IMG/VR virus record: IMGVR_UViG_3300031998_000047
DNA length: 20,610 nucleotides
Strand: one strand, 5' to 3'
From: an uncultured virus (IMG/VR IMGVR_UViG_3300031998_000047)
Lineage: Duplodnaviria; Heunggongvirae; Uroviricota; Caudoviricetes
This document shows, piece after piece, positions 14,092-20,610 of the stretch. The stretch's first letter is position 1. Every line of letters begins with the position of its first letter. The notes under the pieces are model-generated. The model saw only the letters and a program-made list of their open reading frames with translations. It did not search any database and was not told where the DNA came from. The position numbers and the translations under genes are program-made.

Positions 14092-17000
14092 TTAAACCAT
14101 TTCAACACGAACGGCCATACCAGAAGGATTAGACCATCCGTTAAGAATATTCTGTATAGCCAATTGCACTTGATAGCTTTGCTGCAACTGCAAGAGCATT
14201 TGCGACATCGTTGCAACCTGAACATCAATGTCAATGCCAACGACGGCATCACGAATTTGGGCAAGCAAATCGCTTTGATAATACACTTGCTGACTGACGC
14301 CGTTCATATACGCTTCCAACGCTCCAGCTGTATCTTCGTTTATGCCCTGTATGCCTTGCTGTAGAGCTGAGAGTTTTTGTTCGCTGACCTTATCGCCAAA
14401 CAGTCCAAGCTCACGAAGCAGGTCTTCGATAGACTTCATTTGCTCTTCCAATATTGGCTGTCCAGACCTTAAAAGCTCTGCGTAGTATTTGATGTCATCG
14501 ACGGTTGGTGTGTATGCCTCATCGAGCTGTTTCTGTGCATCGGCAATTATCTGTTCAGTCTGCTTTATCCAGTTTTCCCTTGTCGTTACAACCCATTCGT
14601 TGTTAAGAGCCTTGTACCTGTCATAGAATCCATAGTATTCTTCGTTCTTGGCTTTTTCAAGAGCGTTTTGCTGTTTTGCGACAAATTCTTGCAAAGACAT
14701 AGACAAATTTTTTCCTTCAAAACCAGTATAATCCCATGTCAATTCGTTAGCTCTCGCGCTAATACTTTCTTGTATCTTATTCCATTGCTCGTCAAACCAA
14801 GGCTGTAGAATCTTTGTTGTAAACATCTTCTTAACCATGTTGGCTATCATTTCATCAACGGATTCGTCAAACTTTGCCATAGCATCTTCTCCGCTACGCA
14901 AAGCTTCTACGAAAGCATCCATCATACTTTCCATTGCGTCGCCAACACTTGATATGCCAAGCAGGTCATTAACGATGCTGTCAACCGTGTCTGCTATGTC
15001 GTATTCAAGTTCCTTGATTTGCTTTTGCAAGTCAATAATCTTATCCTCATCACGGTTCTTTGAGTCACGAGAACGTTCAAGTGCAAGTTGACGCTTGAGT
15101 TCTACAAGTTGCAATTCCTTGTTAGCCTTTGCAGCCATGTTAGCACCAATGGTAGCCATGCCATACGCTTGTTGTACTGCATGTTCAAGGTTAATGTATG
15201 CAAGTTCAAGACGCTTTACTTCACGCTCGGATTCCTCTATTTGTGCTGTAATATTTCTATTGCTTTGGCCTGCAAGGAAAGATACAAGGCTTATAACAAC
15301 GGTAAGTGCAGCGGCAGCAGCAGCGACCCATCCAAGCGACATTTCGGCTATTGCTGCTACGGTAGCTACCAATGTTAAAGCGGTAGCCATCATGGTAAAC
15401 CCTTGTGCAAGTGATTTTACCATTTGGCCAGCCTCGCTATCCTCGGTGACTCCAAGCAGCTCTGCAAATTGCGTCAGCAAATTACCAACGTTTTGAAGTG
15501 CTGTTGCCGAACCGTTCAAGGCGTTTTGGAACTTTGTTTGAGCGTTCATCTGCTTTATTTCGGCCTGCGCGACATTTTGCTCCGCTTGGTTTTTGTTTTT
15601 GACAGCCTTTGTGTAACGCTCTTGTGCTTTTGCAAGGCGTTCTGCTTTTTCAGCCTCGTTACCGAATCTTGCGTTTGGATTATTGGCTGCGCTTTGAGCA
15701 TTATTCAATTCGGCTTGTGCGCTTTCGAGTTCTCTGTTAGCGTTAGCAAGTTCTCTGTTAGCACCAGCTGCCTCAACGGATGCGTTGCGCCACTCTTTTA
15801 TGCTTTCTATAATATTCTCAAAAGGAGCACGGCTTTCCAACTCGTCGCGGCCTTTTTTGTACGCATCCATAAGAGCCTTCATGCTTGCAGGGTCGTCTTT
15901 GACTTTTTCCTTGAGTATATCAAGCCACGCAAGAATAGAGCGAATTGCACGGGTAGAAACCCTATCCATGTCTTCAAACATCATGGCATAGTAGTCGCTA
16001 TCCTTAAAGTTGTCCCATTCGATTTTTGCTTTGGTTTTAATATCGCCCTGCTCTACACTTGCCGCCAACTTAATCCCGACATCTTTACCTTTAACGACCT
16101 TGTTTACAAGTTCGTAAAGCTGCTTTTGAATACGTGCGACTTCGTCTTGGTCTGTAGTAAGAGTTATCTTTTTAGACAAATCCAAAGCCTCGGCCTGCTC
16201 GGAATCGTTACCAAACTTTCGCACAATATTAAGCTGCTCTTGTGCAGTATCTTGTGCGGCCTTTATAAGTTTTGTTTGATAATCGCCGTACTTTTCGAGT
16301 AGGGAGTTCCAGTCTTTAATGGTATCTTCTGCGTTCTTTTTCCAAATACCACGAATATAATTTTGCGCTTTCTCCAACTCTTTTATGGCATCACCATCTA
16401 TCGACTGTTTTACCGACTTCGCAAAGGCGTTTATATCCCCTTTCAGAATGTCAAACGAACGCTCAATGCCAAGCTTGTTTAACGCCTTATCGACAGAAGA
16501 TTGAACCATTGCAAGAGCCTGCTCAAAAGTGTGTGGAAGGGATGATGTGTCGATATTGAACATATCCGCAAATAAATTGCCAAGCTCTGTATTTGCGTCA
16601 AGCTCAACGGCCAGCTCGTAATCGTCTTTTATTTTCCCAAGTTCACTATTAAGCCCATCTGTGATTTTCTTGTAGTCAACCTTGGTTATTTCGACGTTAA
16701 GGTTGCTAATGGCTTTCTCCAACGCCTCAATGCCTTTAGTGTTGCCTTTAATCGAAGCAATCTCGCGAAGATTCTTATAGTAGTCGCGAAGTTGGCGTGC
16801 ATCCATCTTTACAAGCTCGGAACTATCAAGCCCATTTATACCAAAGCTCTTTAGCACATTGTTTTGTGCAATAAGAGATTTCTTATATTCATTAGATGAT
16901 GCAATACGAGCCTTGTCTGCGTCAACGCCAGCTTTCTGATAATCCTTATACAATTTCTGCATTTCGGTTATCAGCTGTATTTCTTTCGTTAAAGCGTCTC

Positions 17001-20000
17001 CAAGTGGGTCTTTCTTTGAACCTTTATTATTTTTCCCCTCTTTTGCCTTTTTAAGTTCTTCAAGGCTTACGCCAGCTTTTAATGCTTTGTTGTATTTGGC
17101 TTGGGCTTCTGTTTCCTTTTCGGTAACAAGGCTGTTGTCGGCAGTTCCTTGCTTTACGCGATTTTTGGCGACAGCGACAGCGTCTAACGCAGACTTGTAT
17201 TCTTTCAATGCGTTAGAGGCCTCCTTTGTTATCGTTGCGCTTTTACGAGACTCAATATCTTTTGCCTTGTTTTGTGCGGCTTGTGAGTATTGTGCTGCAC
17301 GCAGGAAAAGTTGCTCGACGCTAAATTCTGTCCCATTAACATTCAAGGATTCTTTTCCCGCCTTTTTTGCTTGTGTAGCCAAAGCCGTGAAACGTGCTGA
17401 AAGTTGTGTAAGCTCGGTTAATCCCTTTTGACTCATCCACGCTGGAACCTCGGTCTTGACCTTTACCAAAAAGTCAATGATGTTAAGTCCGCTATAATCT
17501 TTGATTAACTTGTCAATTTTCTTATAGAAATTGTCAGTATCGTTAGCGGCTTTCATCAGTTGCGTTTGCGTCTGCTCTACGCGGTCATTGAAATCAGCAC
17601 CACCTTCGGTAGCCTTTTTCTCTGCCTCGTAAGCCTTGTCAATCGACTCTATATATTGGTCTTGGGCTTCTTTTGCGTCCTTAATCTTTCCAATGAAATC
17701 GCCTACTATATCGTTCTTGAGGAAAAGCGTGTCATCGAGCCATTGCTTAGAAATAGTGCTTTCGCTAATGCCGATGTCGCGCATACGTTGTTGGATGGTG
17801 TCATAGATTTTTTGAACACCTTTTTCGTATTCTTCACCCGTCTTACCAGCAATAAGCGTGATGTTTTGCTCTACAACGTCGCTAATGATATTTGCAATAG
17901 CCGATGCGTTTTGGCGTAATTCTTGGTTTTCGTAAACAAAGCCATACATACCAGTAACGGCTTCTTTTAATTGCGAACGCATCTTATTGCGTGCCTCTTC
18001 TACCGTAGACGTGTATTCGTCGCGTCCTTGTTGAACATCGTTTAAATGCTTTCTTTCAAGAGTTTCCTCTTTAATAAGGGCAATAGCAACGCGACGTTTT
18101 TCATTCAATACGTCCATGCCGTCGGTTTCCTTGACGGTTTCAATGCCGTATTCCTCGAGAATGCTATTAAGTTCGCCTAAAACCTTTTTGTAGTTCGATG
18201 TTTCGCCAGACATTCCCTTTAACGAATCAAAGAATGCCTCGGTTTCTTGTACGACCTTTGCACCTGCACGCCCAAATCTTTCTTGGTATTCGGTAGCCTG
18301 TTCTGTGTTGTCTTTAAGGAAACCGTAAGCCGCAGCCGCAGCGGTGATAACGGTGGCAATCGCACCTATCGGGTTTGATGCTACCGCTGCACTAAGGATT
18401 TTCCATGAACTGGCGACAAAACCGACAGCACGGCCAAGTTGGAACATTCCGCTTATAACTCCTTGCGTTATCAGAGTTCCGTTGACAGCGGCCACAAGAA
18501 TAGCCCGTGCGCGATAAATACCATACATGATAGCCACGTCGCGAACAATCTCATAAATCATTCGCCAATGCGCGAAAAGGAGTTTTAATCCGTTTACGGG
18601 CAAAGTAAGTGCGCTTTGGTTTTCTGCGCCTATTTCGTTTAGCATATTATTCCATGCCAACGTAAGATTAGCCATCTTTACGCGGAGTGTTTCAGCCTGC
18701 TTTGCTTGGAAATCAAAGAATTTACCACCCTCGTCGGTAACGCTATTGATAACCTTCATTACGTCGGCATAAGATACCATCTTGTTTGACATCATATCAA
18801 ACACTTGTGCGGTAGTAACAATCTCGTTGCCGAAACGCTTTTCTTCCGTGTACATTTGCGCAAGCATCGGAACGATAGCCAAGCCAGCATTTGCAAAGTC
18901 GCGGGCATCACGGGCTGTAAGTGCCGTTTGGGCGCGAATCTGACCTAAGTTGTAAACCAAACGCTCCATAGGCACGCCCAAGGCAGCGGAAATATCTGCA
19001 AGCCTGCGTGTAGTATCTACAACTTCCTCCTCTGCAAAGTTGTACGCCAACAACTGCTTTGCGCCCGTCGCAAGTTCAACGAGGGTAAATGGCGACTTGA
19101 TAGCCATTGTGTTTAATTCGTTGAACAATTCCGAACCACGACGCATATCATCAATCAAGATGCCGAGCGAACGTTCAAGCATTTCGTATTGACCGCGCAC
19201 TTCGTACATTTGTTTGACAAAGTTAGTAATAGCACCCAATGTCATTGCATAAACAACACGATTACGGATATAGCCGAACGATTGCGCTAAATAATTGTTG
19301 CTGTGCGTTAATTGTATGCCTTTTCCGAGCAATTCTGCTTGCAAACGCGAAAGACGTTGGTATTCGCTGCCAAGTTGATGAATCTCGCTTGCATTACCAA
19401 CTTTGATAGATTTCAGCGCACGCATTTTTCTTGCAACAGCATCAACGCTTGACTCGTCCATGCCAAGAACGTCTTTAAGCGTGTTGCCTCTTGCGTTTTG
19501 GCGCATATCACGGATTCTTCCTATAAGTACAAGGATTTTCTTGTCTAATGCAGCCATTGCATCAGCATCAAGGACTGGTGTAGCCCTTAATTCATTCTTA
19601 ATCCGCAACATTTCGCGCAATTTTCTCTCTGCGTCGGGCAGAGATTTATCCATCATGAGGTTTGCACGCTTAATTTCGCTTGAATATTGTTGCACAAGTT
19701 TCTTGGGGTCGCTGGTCGTTTCTGAGCGGAGTTTAGCACGTTGCTCGTCCAACAGCTCGTTTTGTTTACGCAATTCTTCTGTACCAAGATACATTTTATC
19801 GCGCCTTTGTTCCTCTAAATTGATAAGCTCTTTCAATTGACCTACCGTGCCATCGTCAAACGCGCCCTTTCCGCTACCTTTTCCACCGCCCGAAGCCTCG
19901 GATTGCGCCTTGAACATAGCATCAAACGACGCGGACATATCCTTCCAAGCCTCCTTCATCAAATCGACGGAAACTTTCTGCGTAATTGCGAAATCCTTCA

Positions 20001-20151
20001 TGGCCGATTTCATCTTATCCATTGCGGAATCAAACTTACCAGCCATTATAGTAGTCTTATCACCAACGAAATCTATCAAATCGTTAATCGACTTTTCTAA
20101 TTCCTTGGAATCAAGCTTACCAACAATCAGAACATCATCATTTGCTGCCAT
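14092..20151 (-). CDS. tail tape measure protein (2019 aa)
   Basis: Very long A/K/E-rich helical ORF; tape-measure domain SPFTLVELATGAKQLLAY...LGQIRAQ; hydrophobic NPIGAIATVITAAAAAY and a second TM-like segment; follows the chaperone genes. Confidence 0.93.
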   Translation of the reverse strand: MAANDDVLIVGKLDSKELEKSINDLIDFVGDKTTIMAGKFDSAMDKMKSAMKDFAITQKVSVDLMKEAWKDMSASFDAMFKAQSEASGGGKGSGKGAFDDGTVGQLKELINLEEQRRDKMYLGTEELRKQNELLDEQRAKLRSETTSDPKKLVQQYSSEIKRANLMMDKSLPDAERKLREMLRIKNELRATPVLDADAMAALDKKILVLIGRIRDMRQNARGNTLKDVLGMDESSVDAVARKMRALKSIKVGNASEIHQLGSEYQRLSRLQAELLGKGIQLTHSNNYLAQSFGYIRNRVVYAMTLGAITNFVKQMYEVRGQYEMLERSLGILIDDMRRGSELFNELNTMAIKSPFTLVELATGAKQLLAYNFAEEEVVDTTRRLADISAALGVPMERLVYNLGQIRAQTALTARDARDFANAGLAIVPMLAQMYTEEKRFGNEIVTTAQVFDMMSNKMVSYADVMKVINSVTDEGGKFFDFQAKQAETLRVKMANLTLAWNNMLNEIGAENQSALTLPVNGLKLLFAHWRMIYEIVRDVAIMYGIYRARAILVAAVNGTLITQGVISGMFQLGRAVGFVASSWKILSAAVASNPIGAIATVITAAAAAYGFLKDNTEQATEYQERFGRAGAKVVQETEAFFDSLKGMSGETSNYKKVLGELNSILEEYGIETVKETDGMDVLNEKRRVAIALIKEETLERKHLNDVQQGRDEYTSTVEEARNKMRSQLKEAVTGMYGFVYENQELRQNASAIANIISDVVEQNITLIAGKTGEEYEKGVQKIYDTIQQRMRDIGISESTISKQWLDDTLFLKNDIVGDFIGKIKDAKEAQDQYIESIDKAYEAEKKATEGGADFNDRVEQTQTQLMKAANDTDNFYKKIDKLIKDYSGLNIIDFLVKVKTEVPAWMSQKGLTELTQLSARFTALATQAKKAGKESLNVNGTEFSVEQLFLRAAQYSQAAQNKAKDIESRKSATITKEASNALKEYKSALDAVAVAKNRVKQGTADNSLVTEKETEAQAKYNKALKAGVSLEELKKAKEGKNNKGSKKDPLGDALTKEIQLITEMQKLYKDYQKAGVDADKARIASSNEYKKSLIAQNNVLKSFGINGLDSSELVKMDARQLRDYYKNLREIASIKGNTKGIEALEKAISNLNVEITKVDYKKITDGLNSELGKIKDDYELAVELDANTELGNLFADMFNIDTSSLPHTFEQALAMVQSSVDKALNKLGIERSFDILKGDINAFAKSVKQSIDGDAIKELEKAQNYIRGIWKKNAEDTIKDWNSLLEKYGDYQTKLIKAAQDTAQEQLNIVRKFGNDSEQAEALDLSKKITLTTDQDEVARIQKQLYELVNKVVKGKDVGIKLAASVEQGDIKTKAKIEWDNFKDSDYYAMMFEDMDRVSTRAIRSILAWLDILKEKVKDDPASMKALMDAYKKGRDELESRAPFENIIESIKEWRNASVEAAGANRELANANRELESAQAELNNAQSAANNPNARFGNEAEKAERLAKAQERYTKAVKNKNQAEQNVAQAEIKQMNAQTKFQNALNGSATALQNVGNLLTQFAELLGVTEDSEAGQMVKSLAQGFTMMATALTLVATVAAIAEMSLGWVAAAAAALTVVISLVSFLAGQSNRNITAQIEESEREVKRLELAYINLEHAVQQAYGMATIGANMAAKANKELQLVELKRQLALERSRDSKNRDEDKIIDLQKQIKELEYDIADTVDSIVNDLLGISSVGDAMESMMDAFVEALRSGEDAMAKFDESVDEMIANMVKKMFTTKILQPWFDEQWNKIQESISARANELTWDYTGFEGKNLSMSLQEFVAKQQNALEKAKNEEYYGFYDRYKALNNEWVVTTRENWIKQTEQIIADAQKQLDEAYTPTVDDIKYYAELLRSGQPILEEQMKSIEDLLRELGLFGDKVSEQKLSALQQGIQGINEDTAGALEAYMNGVSQQVYYQSDLLAQIRDAVVGIDIDVQVATMSQMLLQLQQSYQVQLAIQNILNGWSNPSGMAVRVEMV

Positions 20152-20180
20152 ATCTTAAAGTGTATATATAGAGTTTATAA

Positions 20181-20558
20181 CTATTCTTTCTTTTTCTTGT
20201 TTCGCTGCGGCATGGGGATTTCCATCTCCTCTCCATCAGCAAGGTTTTTAGGCGCACCGATAGAATTAAAGAACCGTTCGAGTTTCTTCTGTGCCTCGTA
20301 TGCCTCCTTAAAGTTTTGCCAAGCTTTTTTGTCCGTACCACGTAAGTATTTCGTGTGCGTATTGTCAACAGCCATAAACTGCACTTGTGCGATGCTTAAC
20401 CGATAGAGGTAATCATCTAATCGGTATTGTGGGAAGGCTCTGAGGAAGTCTGCTGCGTCTGCAATGATAGTGCTTCCATAAATAGTGATGCTGTCTCCTC
20501 CGATTTCTTCTTCCGCATCAGAAGTGAACCCGTAAGCGTACTCACCGATTTTTTGAGT
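20181..20558 (-). CDS. tail assembly chaperone, frameshift-extension frame (gpT-like)
   Basis: -1 frame is open from the T9 run to TAG at 20181 (TQKIGEYAYG...DFLRAFPQYRLDDYLYRLSIAQVQFMAVDNTH...); ends 29 nt before the TMP start. Confidence 0.7.
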   Translation of the reverse strand, partial: TQKIGEYAYGFTSDAEEEIGGDSITIYGSTIIADAADFLRAFPQYRLDDYLYRLSIAQVQFMAVDNTHTKYLRGTDKKAWQNFKEAYEAQKKLERFFNSIGAPKNLADGEEMEIPMPQRNKKKKE

Positions 20559-20610
20559 AAAAAAAAAGCGGATAAATCTATTGATTTTATTGCGCCCAGC
20601 ACAATTGCCG
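20417..20610 (-). CDS. tail assembly chaperone (gpG-like), 3' part only; starts outside the window
   Basis: Frame open from the window edge (AIVLGAIKSIDLSAFFLLKK...) to TAG at 20417; position upstream of TMP. Confidence 0.65.
   Translation of the reverse strand, partial: AIVLGAIKSIDLSAFFLLKKSVSTLTGSLLMRKKKSEETASLFMEALSLQTQQTSSEPSHNTD
20558..20564 (-). other. candidate -1 ribosomal slippery heptamer U UUU UUA
   Basis: Minus strand gct ttt ttt tta ctc; X XXY YYZ phase is correct for the 20417-ending frame. Confidence 0.65.

Noticed and set aside
15728..15762. Direct repeat agttctctgttagc x2 at 21-bp period
   Set aside because: An in-frame heptad duplication (ANRELANANREL) ordinary for a tape measure protein
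14164..20158. Many + strand ORFs (e.g. 15424..16302, 292 aa) opposite the tape measure gene
   Set aside because: Antisense shadows of a long biased-codon gene; translations show no protein-like motifs
1..20610. Stop-codon reassignment, DGR/retron, tRNA genes or introns
   Set aside because: Long genes are intact in the standard code and end in TAA, TAG and TGA; no reverse transcriptase, template/variable repeat pair, tRNA cloverleaf or interrupted conserved gene was seen, apart from the two homopolymer frameshifts

Overview
Segment of a tailed dsDNA (sipho-like) phage or prophage that most likely infects Bacteroidota (Prevotella/Bacteroides-like). The host call rests on two TTTG-N20-TACCTTTG promoters, a DUF3127-like gene and AT-rich leaders without Shine-Dalgarno motifs. 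The + strand (1-12845) is an early/replication arm. It carries many small hypothetical genes, a MazG-like pyrophosphatase, two SSB-like proteins, a fold-type II PLP enzyme directly coupled to an atypical amino-methyltransferase-fold gene, a replication-initiator-like protein, a second DNA methyltransferase split by a G9 tract, an AEP primase-SF4 helicase fusion and an HNH endonuclease. The - strand (20610-12979) is the tail arm: tail assembly chaperone with a probable -1 frameshift, a 2019-aa tape measure protein and two downstream genes. The arms converge on a bidirectional terminator at about 12871-12908. Most interesting: (i) the PLP enzyme + MTase-fold pair as a candidate DNA base hypermodification system; (ii) the poly-G switchable methyltransferase; (iii) a family of ~74-bp intergenic palindromes, one copy inverted ~10 kb away; (iv) a structured ~180-nt leader with a possible antisense promoter upstream of the replication genes. 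All functional calls come from motif recognition by eye; no searches were run.
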